From Camelus dromedarius (lineage: Eukaryota), in NCBI RefSeq assembly GCF_036321535.1, contig NC_087436.1, positions 26,600,001-26,664,000 on the forward strand: DNA of 64,000 bases. Direction: 5' to 3'. Positions 1 to 12,132 of this stretch are shown piece after piece. Within the stretch, counting starts at the first letter, position 1; the number at the start of each line of letters is the position of its first letter. The position numbers and the translations under genes are program-made. The notes below the pieces were generated by a model. It made no database searches. It had not been told where the DNA came from and saw nothing but the letters and a program-made list of their open reading frames with translations.

Positions 1-326
1 TATGAAAATTTGATTTCCTTTTAAAATAATGAATATATATAAATAACTGTCAAATTTTTAGCATGTTTCTATGAAAACAATCACATATATTTGAACATGA
101 TAATCTTTTGTTCTTTAGTAACTGTTGGATGTTCTTTAGTAGCACCATGTCTGAAGTACATTTGTTTCAAAGTGTTCTCTAATAGTGTGCTGTTAATAAG
201 ACTTAAGGTTTGCATGTGAGTGTGTCTGAAAAAAATGCAGTCATTCACAGAGTGCACACATATGATTAATGCCCTTTATTTTCACCGTTCAGTGTATTTA
301 TTATAACACTCCATTATAAACATTTA

Positions 327-361
327 GTGTGTGTTTGTGTGTGTGTATATATATATATATT
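327..361. repeat. (TG)n-(TA)n compound microsatellite
   Basis: gtgtgtgtttgtgtgtgtgtatatatatatatat read directly. Confidence 0.9.
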
Positions 362-1471
362 TGGCTAAGGCATTTTATATACACTTTGAAGATACAGAGA
401 TGAGCTAATCTTTTCCATCAAAAAACTCAGAGGTAAGTATGCTAATGAGGGAAACGCACCAAATAATCCTTAAACCCGGGGACAGAGGTGCTGACTAGAT
501 ATGAACGTACATGTGTTTCGATATCACAGCCGGGGAGTGGCGGCTCTGTCAGCACCATCTGTTACTACTTCTGTCTCTGGTTCTTAGACCCATGGAAAAG
601 TTGGAGTGATCTATTCACTCCTAGTCACTCTTCAGCTGGTCCACTTCTTACTGTTACTTACTAGCAGTTTGTATTAATAGCATCTTAAACAATAAAGTAT
701 CATTTTGGAATCAGGTATTATTCTGTAGGAAATCCAAATCTATCCCAATTTTGCCTGGTAATTTCATCACAACGGCCATGAGGATGTACTAAGATTTTTA
801 AAGAGAATAGATGGAAATTAAAGCAGATGACCAAAGAGAACAACCAGCAGTGCCAGTTATCTTCCTAGAAAAACACAAGGGATATTTCCAAAAGGTATTC
901 TTAAATACTTTTCTTGTCAGATTTAAAATTACATTATTTTCTACAGTTACCATTAATTGTAAATATAAAGCTTTCTACTATAAAAATTTCATAGGCAGAG
1001 TTTATAAAATTGTAGAATGTAGATCTCTTTTGAATAAAATGTCTAAATATGTTTTTAGTTACATTTAAAACGTACTTTAATTGTGCATGATTTAGAAATA
1101 AGCTCGGATTTATGAGTTTATAAAATAGTAAGAATACCAGAAATCATTAGGTTACTTAATTTGGATTTCAGAAATTAAATATTATAAACATGTTGAATAA
1201 AGTGGATTAAAAGAGGATTAATAGCACGGCTTTTAATAATTGATATTTTCCTCTCATCTTTATTTCATAAAGTGACAAGGCTGACACCTTTGTTTCAGGC
1301 TTGCATAACCAGATGGGACGGCTGCCTTTTACTTAGAGGCACAGCGACTGGAGAGCGGCAAGTTCGGGAGCACATAGTGATAAGTTCTATTTGGTCTTGC
1401 AAAGCATGATGTCAGCTAGGCAGTTGAGACCAAGGTTCTAAATTTGAGAGGAAACATTTCCTGACTATCCT

Positions 1472-2115
1472 TGTGATGGTGAATTTTCTGTGTCAACATG
1501 GCAACTGTATACGTCTCCTTAAAGCATACTCACCCCAATTAGAGAGAATAACAAAGTCATACTTCTGCCTAACAGGATACTGCTATCCTGAGAACAACCA
1601 AAAATGCACTATCCCTTAACCAAGAAGAGGATGCAAAGTCCTTGGGTGATGTTTACCCACCTCGATACCCTGTAAGTTAAATATCATGGTTTAAAGTTAA
1701 TACATTTTAAATATTACCATATAAAGTCAACATATCTTATGTCCCATGTAAGAATTAGGACCTTGTTACTGTATTTGGGGATTATAGATGGGTTAAAGAG
1801 GTGTATATGGATGCCGTGTTGATGGGGGTGGCTTGCAGTGGTGAATTTTGTGTCAACTTGGTGAGCCATTTTAGTCTACATGTTCTATAAGGTATTTTTT
1901 TAGATGGGATTAACATTTAAATCAGTAGCTTTGACTAAAGTAGGTTACCTTCCATAATGTGGATAGGCCTTATTCAATAATTTGAAGCCCTAAGAGTAAA
2001 AAAAAAAAAAGAAAGAAAGAAAAAACTGACTCTCAAATCTCTCTTCCCCTCTCCACACGCACACACACTCTATATCCGTCCTTTGTATTCTTTTTCTCTG
2101 GAGAACCCTAACACA
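1472..2115 (+). mobile_element. Internally deleted ERVL provirus remnant with MLT2-type LTR(s)
   Basis: MLT2-like start tgtgatggtgaatttt..tgtgtcaac at 1472 and again at 1834. The second copy follows an ERVL-internal 3'-end/PPT-like sequence (ggatgccgtgttgatgggggtggct). MLT2-like end ctctggagaaccctaacaca at 2115. 5-bp flanks atcct/gtcct. Confidence 0.75.
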
Positions 2116-3139
2116 GTCCTTCTCCTGTTGATGGTCAGTGTCACTCCTGCCTGTATCATGTACCATATGTGCTTGGAGGAAAATGAACTTTGAGTTCCAT
2201 TCCATCTAACCAGTTTTAACTACTGTAGCTTGATAGTAAACCTCTTCTTTTTCAAAACTGCCATGGCTATTTTTACTTTTACAACTCCATTAGGATTCTA
2301 GTATCAGCTTGTCAAATTATGCTACAATTCCTGGTGAGATTTTGATTAGAATGCCAGTGGATCTTTTCACTTGGAGAGGAAGTGCTCCCATTTCTTCCAT
2401 CTGTTACCCTTTCCTCAGTGCAGGTCTCCTCATACGGTTTGTAAACATTGACTGTGAGCTCCCCTCAGGGTGGTTTGCACAGTGGTCCCGTGCGGTTGGG
2501 GAAACATCTCTAAAGGAGGTTTTATGTTTTTCTCTGAATGGGACCCACAGTGTTCTCAGTTTTCATAATTTTAGGTTTCCATACTAGTCTCTCAACTTAC
2601 TATTTATAAAATATTAGAGTGGTAAGAATCTGATCACCTGCTTTGAGGGTCCTGACCTCTCAGGGATGTTTCTTATGTTAGCCTAGCCCCTGAAGGAGTG
2701 GATATTTCCTTAGTCCCCTGAACCTGTGACCAGAATTCTAAGATTCCTTTATGCACACACTCTGAGACTTCTGATTTTCTGAAGGTAGCTCAGTGTCAGG
2801 TTCTATTTGATTTTCCTCCTGATTCCTAGAATTCTTGTTCTATGCAGATACCAAAACCATTGCTTCCTGCCTTTACCTGATTCAAATAGCCCACAAATAA
2901 CTTCTGTCTTAGCTCCTGCATACTAGACTTCTTTATTTTTCCTTTGATTTAATTGATCACAATTGCTAAAGATATACTTAACCTTTTTAAGTTTTGATTT
3001 TCTAAAACACAATCAGTTTGTGGATTAATTATCAGTTCCAAGCCTTTTGGAGTGATAGCTTGGAATAGAATTTAGAAGATGGCTGTAAAATGACCATGCA
3101 GACTACATAAAATATCTGTATTTAAGTAAAAAAAATACT

Positions 3140-3260
3140 ATGTTGTCTCCTTGACCTCCATTTTTCTCACCTGTGAAATAGAAATGAAATAAAAGTTATG
3201 AGGATTGGTTTAGACAACATTTGTAGCACCTAATAAACAGGAAGCATTGTAGTATTATTT
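3140..3260 (+). mobile_element. MIR SINE fragment
   Basis: MIR core-like cctccatttttctcacctgtgaaatagaaatg...tatgaggatt...tgtagcacct...tattatt. Confidence 0.6.
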
Positions 3261-4065
3261 TACCTACTTTAACTGTGCGTAAAGGCAGGGAGAGAGCAAA
3301 TAAGAATTTTTTTTTAAATATTAAGAGTACAGGTAATTTGGCTGATGTTTCAGTCATGGTGCTCATTCTCAAGAGTATGCCTGAGATGGGAATCAGTTAA
3401 GCTCACATAAACACGCAGGCACACACTAACACACACTGAGAAGGAGAGAGAGAATAAAAATGGCTTCTAAAAGAATTCACAGGTTTTTCCTTATTCTCAA
3501 CTGAGAAAACTAATTTGTTACAATCAGAAAGAAAAATAAACTACTGTGTCAGCAGGTCTCTATGGGAAGTTCAGGTGTAATTCTCTTACAGCTTAACCAC
3601 CATGGAAAATGTTATTCCAGTTTTCAGAAAGCCAGACCTGAGCTCCTACACTATCACCCTTGAGTGTCAGCTTTTTCTGAGAAAGGGGGGTGCTGCCAGG
3701 CCTCATTACCAATAGTGACTGAGATGATTACATGAGGCCTGTCCAAGTTCTGGGCAGACTTGAGGGTGTGCTGGGCTTCACATTCTTGTTTCTGTTGTTA
3801 AAATCAATTATTCTCATTTTCATAAGTTACAAAGGTTAGGATTTTATGAAAACAAGGATTTCCTCCCTCCCTCTTTCCTCTCCATTGCCTGCCTCTCTAT
3901 TTACATCTGTAGACACACTTTATTCAATTTGTAATTTTTAAAAATTTTCTAACTTGCTGGGTTTAATTTTACATCATTACTTTCCTTTAAAAATATAAGC
4001 ATGTAAAACTACCGAATACGACTTCAGCTGTATTATATAGTTTGGAAATTTTTGATTTTATATAT

Positions 4066-4291
4066 ATTTTATTGAAGTCTGGTCAGTTACAATGTGTCAA
4101 TTTCTAGTGTACAGCATGTTTCAGTCATACATATACATACATACTAGGGGTAAAAGGGTTGGAAAGGGATAAGTTAGGAGTTTGAGATTTGAAAATATTA
4201 ACTACTATATAGATATAAAATAGATTAAAAAATTCTTTATAGCACAGGGAACTATATTCAATATCTTGTGGTAACCCGTAATGAAAAAGAA
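4066..4291 (-). mobile_element. Short LINE-1 3' end with 5' inversion
   Basis: 4066-4144 is the reverse complement of the L1 tail seen at about 11175-11260. 4145-4291 is the adjacent upstream 3'UTR in + orientation (shares gggaactatattcaatatcttgt and taatgaaaaag with about 11118-11161). Confidence 0.85.
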
Positions 4292-5834
4292 TTTTAATAT
4301 ATATATTGAAAATTCATTTTCACAAAGTCAATCTTATGATACTGTGTTATCAGCTTTTCTGTGTTCCCTAAAGTGTAGTTCATAGATCTAAGGTGAGTGG
4401 TAGAAATGGACATTACTGGTACTTCTTCCTGCTGAACCAAAATCCACGGATTTAAGTATCATAAGTCAGCATCATTATTCACATTCCTAAGTAATTGTCA
4501 TAGAAACTGAAAATTAAGAACTGAGATTCTCTCTAGCTTTGTTTTTATATTTGACAGTCTGTTATGTAAACCCTAGCACCTAAACAGGAACAAACAGTGG
4601 TGTGTAGGCACATTAGGTATATTTAATCCGTGATAATCTTACTATGGTATTGTTATTAAGAACTAGTGTGCTGAAGCAATTTATACATGCTCTTACCTTT
4701 AGTAAATTGAAGTTGAGTTCAGTCTCAGGTCATCTGGCTTCAGTGCCCTTGATCTTAATCACCGTACACGTGGCTCATTTGAATCAAGGCATAGAACCAT
4801 GCCTAGTAAAATCACAGTGACCTCGGACTCTGTCAAGGTGTTCCTGATATTAAAACAGATAAATAGGCTTGTGGCTACAAAATCTTCATTGTTAAGTGTA
4901 TACTTAATTAAAATAATACATCGGTCTTTGCTCCATTTTATACATTTCATACTATAGCAGGTATTTATATCACTATGTCTGCTATTTTGTCATTTGTTTT
5001 TGACTGATCTATAGTTGTTCAAGCTACGTTTGGTTATTTTGATTTCTCTCTCTGTTATAAAGAGCATATGTCAGACTGGCTTCTCTACCTCTGGTCTGCC
5101 AACAGACAAACAAACAAAAACACCTTCGAGTATTTACATGAGAGATTGGATTGGATAAAATGAACATATGTTAGTTTGTTTTCTGTAGAATTTTCCAGTT
5201 TTGCCTTAAAGATTTAGATACAATTTGAATCTGTCCTCTTACATCCAAGAGATGACTGCCCAGTGACTTTTGTTAACAGTATTCTTAAAATGTTGCCTCT
5301 TTTTTACTTTTTTGACTTTTATGAGTATTTTAACACAAAAATTAGAGAATAAATCAGAAACCACAAGTAGTATCATTTTAAACTATCAGTAAACTAGTAT
5401 AGAGCTAATTCAATTCTGTTATCTTTGAAAACAGAAATTTATTGTTTAGTAAACTATTTCTCCTCCACCCCAATACTAAATCTCTATTTTATTTTCTATC
5501 TCAGAAATTTAATTTTGAATATAAGGAATGGAAGGAGTAGCTACTTCTAGATAACACAGTGAAGTGATCACAAGTTTAGTCTTATACTATAAAGGGAAAG
5601 CACATTTCGCTTCGAGAATGCACCATTATTTTCATGATTCCAGAAAAGTTAACCAAATCGACTGCTGGGGCTCCCTGTTTACATATAACTCCTTAGCTGA
5701 TAAAGAAAGAGCCAGTGTTCTGTTAAAAAACCTTTTGAAGACGGTTGCACATAGAGAGCTTATTTATTTCTTTTCCAAAAGGGCTTAGATAATGAAAATA
5801 AATTCTTCAAGGATTAATTTTTACCTACACCACA

Positions 5835-6002
5835 AAAGGTCATGTGTACATTTCGTGCTGCCTACCAGCTATAAATGACCTGGTCTTGTTTTGGATGACA
5901 GCTTCCAAATTAGGCAGTGCAGCAGCACAGCTGGATGGGAAATCTACAGTTTTAAGTCAGTTCACTTCACAGCTGCAAACTAAGAGCCAGTTGTTCCACC
6001 TG
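5835..6002. promoter_or_regulatory. Putative muscle-type enhancer (CArG, MEF2-like, MEIS, E-box cluster)
   Basis: AAAGGTCA 5835-5842; CATGTG 5841-5846; CTATAAATGA 5869-5878 (9/10 MEF2); TGACAG 5896-5901; CCAAATTAGG 5905-5914 (perfect CC(A/T)6GG); CAGCTG 5928 and 5970; CAGTTG 5988; CACCTG 5997. All lie in non-repeat sequence. Confidence 0.6.
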
Positions 6003-7771
6003 TATATCTGGCTCCTCTTAGAAAAAATTCTTCCTTTTCAGTGTTTAAAGCCACGTCCTTCGGCCTCACCCATCTGATATTCAGGAAGACCAGCATAAAT
6101 ACCACTCTATAACTTAGCTTAGGAAAGCTACAAAATAACTCACCTGCTATTTCATTAGAAATGCATTTCTATCGCGTTACTTCACTTTATTCAAGAGGTG
6201 AGAATCTAGTCCTGCCATTGCACGGACATACAAAAAATGATTTTATTCCATAACAATCTCACAACTTCTTTTAATTTAAACTATCTTTTGTAGTTCTGTG
6301 AATTCTCAGACCACTAAAGGAGATGAAGAAATTGTCCCAACTCTACAGTTGGTGTTATTTATACATAAAAGAACGTGTTTTCTTTAGTTCAGCTGTGAAC
6401 TAATATTAATCTGCCATTTGGAAGCATGTTGAGCTCTCCAGGTAACAAGAAACTAACAAGTTAGATTGGGTCCTAATCTTTTCACTCTGATGAAGTGAAG
6501 AGCTATTAAAAATAATGGTACTGTGATAACACTAATTTGGCTGGTGCTGCTGTCCCAAATCAGAGCTGTAGCTCGAGGCAGCTGCAGGTATTTTATTGAA
6601 GCCAGAGTAAATTGGGGCAGATCCCCTAGCAGTATAAATTAGTCAGAACCTCGGAGACATAGGTATATTTTAGGAACGAAGTACTGAACTCTTTTTCTAA
6701 GAATTATGTCACCTTAATTCAGTAATTTGGTATGCCTCAGGGTGTGCATGTATTTTAGAGATACTGTAATGAAGCGTGTGAGTATTCATTTAAACACAGA
6801 AGTCCCCCAAGAATAAAAGGCATGCCTAATTCACTGGAAACGCTATCATTCTCAGAATGTTTCCAGGAGTAATGCAGACTTGTACTAGCTAGGTTAGATA
6901 AGTTATTAGGAGCATATAGGGATAAAATGGGTAAAATGTGCTAAAGAGATCATTGAAAATTAGGTCATCCTCAAATGAATTAATAAAAACTCATGGAGTT
7001 TACAAACTTAAAGACTTACAGTGGCTTGGTTCTCCGTGCTTTTTCCTTCTGGCCTCTGGCTTGGATGGAACCACCTCACTATTTCAGTGTCTTCAAGCCT
7101 TACATGTTTTTACTGATCCGATTTAAATGCTATGCATAAAAATAGGATTTTGCACATGGGGGTAATTTTGTCTCATATAGTGGTCTGAGAATTCACTGAA
7201 GTACACTGTTAAAATTAAAACTGAAAAAACAGATACTGATATGGAATCAAACTTTTTTTGTAACTACAGTTTAGTAGGAGACAATGCCAAATAGGTTTTA
7301 AAAAGTTTATAAACCATTTGCTTAAGTAACCTTTGTTCCCTATTAACTGCTTCAGTCTAGGAAATGCTTCCTTTTCCTGGACATGAAACATACACAACTC
7401 CAAATTTTATTATAATTGTATGTCATTTTGTATTTTTCCATTAAATTTTAAACACAACGAATCGTGATATATCACAGAGCATATGTTTTAGAGTTAGATG
7501 ATTTGGTATTGAAACCTTAGTGTGTCTTTTTTTTGTGGTGCAAACCTGGATGTTTTTCTTAAACTTTGTGAAGCTTATTTCCTCCTTTCAGATACGCCAC
7601 TGCACATGTGTGCTGAGAGAACTAGGTTATAACGCTTTTATTATACACTTTTAAAATTAAGCCAGGAAAATAAAATTCCCTTTTCTAGTTGTGGGAAATA
7701 GAGTATGTTTAATGAGAAGAAAACATATTATTGTTCTATTCTCATTATTTCTATTTATATTAATAGTGCAC

Positions 7772-8037
7772 CACAGATACAGAAAACAAACTTGTGGTTA
7801 CCAAAGGGGAAAGGGATGGGGAGGGATAAATTAGGAGTTTGAGATTAGCAGATAAAACTACTATACATAAAATAAACAACAAGGTCCTAGTATATAGTGC
7901 TGGGAACTGTATACTCAATATACTGTAATAAACCATAAGGGAAAAGAATTTGAAAAAGAATTTACATGTATATATAACTGAATCACTTTGTTGTACACCA
8001 GAAACTAATGCAACATTAAATTAACTATACTTCAAAT
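7772..8037 (+). mobile_element. 5'-truncated LINE-1 3'UTR (artiodactyl-type)
   Basis: cacagatacagaaaacaaacttgtggttaccaaaggggaaaggg...tgtacaccagaaactaat...aactatacttcaa; homologous to the other L1 tails in this window. Confidence 0.85.
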
Positions 8038-9812
8038 CATGTTCCAACTTTATACAGTACATATGTATCTCTCATTACCCAACTAAAAATGCTATGATCT
8101 GAATTTTAAATGGAGTATTATCAAACAAATGATAAGTTATGCTTTTGAAACTCTGTTCAAGATGATTCACCTTTTATGGCTTTAGAAAATAAAGAGGATA
8201 GAAAAACATCATTTTGGAAACAATCAATGGACAGGTGTCATATTTACACAGACTGTCAAAATCAAGGACCTGCCTATCAGTGCCACAGGCAGCCCTGATA
8301 GTCTGATGTTTATGTGGTAAGAAATGCATAATGTTGCCTGCGGGAAATCTCCAGACCATGTCCATGTGATATCACCATTTAAGTGGTTAAAATGCAGTAA
8401 TACAATCCCTGTATTTTGATTTCTTCTTAAGGATTAATATAATTAGTTGGTTAATATATTTTCACTAATGTCATTTCTGTTAGGCCAGGAAAGAAACCAT
8501 CAGAAGGGCTGTACTACAAGTTTTTTCATTTTAATATGTTAGTTGGTTGTAGAATATTTTTTCTGTGAGAACATATTATTAATGAAGTGGAGGAACGTTT
8601 ACATTTCTTAGGCCCTTCTCCAAATAATATGATGACCATGATTAAATTAACTGAGGTAGTGAAATGTTGCTACCTTGACCTCAGTCGACAAAATCAAGGT
8701 CATGATTTTACTGTGGAAGGCAAATACTAATCTGTGTTCTCTGGTGTACAGTAATCCATCATGATCCTTATGGATCTGTGTGAGAAGGAATATCTCAAAT
8801 GTTTGAGTACAGGTCTGTTTAAGTTGTTTACTAGGTTATTTCTATAACCTAAAATATATTTTAGAAGCTAAAGTTTAGCCAATATTCTCAGAAACTAAAT
8901 GTCATACAGTGACACTTATTAGACTGTAAACACATGCATATGTCAGTATAACATTTTATATTTGTTCAGCATCATTTGTTTCTATTCATTATTATTACAG
9001 TTCTTAATCTACCAGGTTCTTCTCTTGCTCTGTGTTAGGTGAAGAGCATTTGTAATATGCTGTTACAATCTTTTAAATAAGGGAACAAAACAATAAAAAT
9101 AAAAATACACATTTCAAAAGAAAATTGCTTTCCAATTAAATGGCACAAAATATTAGTAAATTTATTTTAAAAACCATTTCAGTTTATAAATCAAGTATAC
9201 TTGTATTTAATAGTAAACAAAGATTAGATTTATAAATATAACAGGATGTCCCCTGAATAGAAAAAAATTATTCAGTTTATTTTTAAGTTCATATATGTGT
9301 ACATAGGAGAGTGAAAATTAATCAACTTATTTATGAAATGATCCTTGGGTAAATGGAAAGTATTTTAGCTACTTGTAACTATGTACTTAATTACATGAAA
9401 ATTATGTTTCTTTGGAAAAAAATCCAGTTTGGAATATTTTTGGTTATTGTGAATAAATAGTTGCATAGACTGAGTGTTAGGAAATCAGTATTACTAAATT
9501 CAGGTATTTCAAAACACCACACTAAAACAAGTTCACTGTGTTTTGATATCCTTTAAACATGAATTTAGTTCTATTTGATTCAAATGTTCTGAATCATATC
9601 CTGCCAGTGTGTGAGTCAGGAGTAAGACTGTGAAAAACTGAAGGAAAGTAAAGCTCTACCAGTGCATATGACAGCTCATTTTAGTACAAGTTTTTTATTT
9701 CACTATAATGTTTTGCTAAATATTACAACCTAGATACCCTTCAATAGGTGAGTAAAGAAACTGTGATATATCAATCACAATGGATAAATGGAATATTCAG
9801 TTATAAAAACAA

Positions 9813-11275
9813 TACTGCAGAACTACAGTAATCAAAACAGTATGGTTCTGGCACAGAAACACACATATGGATTCAATGGAACAGAATAGAAAACCCAGAA
9901 ATAAACCCACAGACCTACAGTCAATTAATCTTTGACAAAGGAGGCAAGAATATACAATGGAGAAATGACAGTCTCTTCAGCAACTGGTGCTGGGAAAACT
10001 GGACAGCAGCATGTAAATCAACAAAGAGCACTCCCTCACTCCATACACAAAAATAAACTCAAAATGGCTTAAAGACTTAAGCATTAAGACAAGACACTAT
10101 AAAAACTCCTAGAAGAAAACATAGGCAAAACATTCTCTGACATAGATCTTACCAATGTTCTCCTTGGGCAGTCTATGCAGGCAATAGAAATAAAAGCAAA
10201 AATTAATAAATAGGACCTAATTACACTTAAGCTTTTGCATAGCAAAGGAAACCATAAACAAAACAATAACCACCTATGGAATGGGAGAAAATATTTGCAA
10301 ATGATGCAACTGACAACAATTTAATCTCCAGAATATATAAATAGCTCATACAACTTAATAACAAAAACAAACAACCCAAACTGGCAGGAGACCTAAACAA
10401 ACAATTCTCCAGTGAAGACATACAAATGCCCAACAGGCACGTGAAAAAATGCTCAGTATTGCTAATTATCAAAACTACAGTGTATCACTTCACATCAGTC
10501 AGAATGGCCATCATTCAAAAGTCCACAAACAATAAACGCTGGAGAGGCTGTGAAGAAAAGGGGACCCTCCTACATTGCTGGTGGGAATGTAGTTTGGTGT
10601 AGTCATTATGGGAAATTGTGGAGACTCCTCAAAAAACTAAAAATAGACTTAACCATATGATCCAGCAATCCCACTCCTGGGCATATATCTGGAGGGAACT
10701 CTAACTGGAAAAGATACAGGCACCCCAATGTTCACAGGAGCACTATATACAATAGCCAAGACATGGAGGCAACCTAAATGTCCATCAACAGATGACTGTA
10801 TAAAGAAGCTGTGGTATATTTATACAATGAAATACTACTCAGTGATTTTAAAAAAAGAATAAAAGACACCATTTGCACTAAATGGATGCACCTTGAGATC
10901 ATTCTAAGTGAAGTAAGCCAGAAAGAGAAAACAAACAAACAAAAAAAACCTTTATATCACTCCTATGTTGAATCTTAAAAAAATAAAAGACACTAATGAA
11001 CTCACTTACAAAACAGAAACAGATTCGCAGACATAGTAAACAGTCTTATGGTTACCAGGGAAAAGGGGATGGGAGTGGATAAATTTTGGAGATAAGCAAA
11101 TTTATTCTGTATAGCATGGGGAACTATATTCAATATCTTGTAATAACTTTTAATGAAAAAGTATGAAAACAAATATATGTATATATATGCATGACTGGGA
11201 CTTTATAATGTACACCGGAAACTGACACATTGTTTACATTGTAATTGACTATTCTTCAATTGAAACAAAAACCAA
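9813..11275 (+). mobile_element. Younger 5'-truncated LINE-1: degenerate ORF2 C-terminus plus 3'UTR and A-rich tail
   Basis: Translates in pieces to L1 ORF2-like [52 protein letters not shown], with frameshifts. Possible TSD aaaaacaa at 9805-9812 and 11276-11283. Confidence 0.92.
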
Positions 11276-11581
11276 AAAAACAAGTGCAAACTAAGCCACA
11301 GAAAGACATGGAGAAACTTTAACTGTATATTGCTCAGTGAAAGAAGCCAGTCTGAAAAAAACTGTATGATTCCAATCATACGACTTTCTGGAAAAGGCAA
11401 ACTATAAAGGGACGGTAAAAAGGGGTCAGTGGTTGCCATGTGTTGGGGGAGAGGGTTGAATAGGTGAAGCACGGATTTGCTTCGGGCAGTGAAACTATTC
11501 TGTATGATGTTGCAGTGGTTGGCACATGGCATTGCATTAGTCTCAGCTCATAGAACTTTATAGCATAAACTGGATCTTAAT

Positions 11582-12132
11582 TTTTTTATTTTTAATTTTT
11601 TTATACAATGTTTAAAGGTTACTTTCCATTTACAGGTACTACAAAATATTGGCCATATTCCCCATGTTCTACAATATATATCCTTGAGCCTGTCCTATAC
11701 CGAGTACTATGTCCCCCCCACTTTCCCACCCCTATATTGCCCCTCCCCTCACCCACTGGTAACCACTAGTTTGTTCTCTGTACCTGTGAGTCTGCTGCTT
11801 TTTGTTATGTTCACTAGATTTTTTTTTGTATTTTTTTTAGATTCCATATATAAGTGATACTATGCAGCATTTATCTTTTCTGACTTATTTCACTTAGCAT
11901 AATGCCCTCCAAGTTCATCAAATGGCAAAATTTCATTCAGTTTTAATGGCTGAGTAGTATCCCATTATATATATTTATTTATACCACAACTTCCTTATCC
12001 ATCCATCTTTTGATGGACACTTAAGTTGTTTCTGTATCTTGACAATTGTAAATAATGCTGCTGTGAACATTGGGGTGTATATATTGTTTTGAATTAGTTT
12101 TTATTTTTGTTTTTGGCTATATACCCAGGAGA
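11582..12132 (-). mobile_element. 5'-truncated LINE-1 3' end, antisense
   Basis: T-rich tail at left, then antisense L1 3' motifs (ttagattccatatataagtgat, tgacttatttcacttagcataatgccctccaag, gatggacacttaagttg). TSD tggatcttaat / tgaatcttaat. Confidence 0.9.

Noticed and set aside
4690..4850. Minus-strand exon-like segment
   Set aside because: Part of it reads as an antisense MIR 5' end (ttaagatcaagggcactgaagccaga), and no recognisable coding frame is present.
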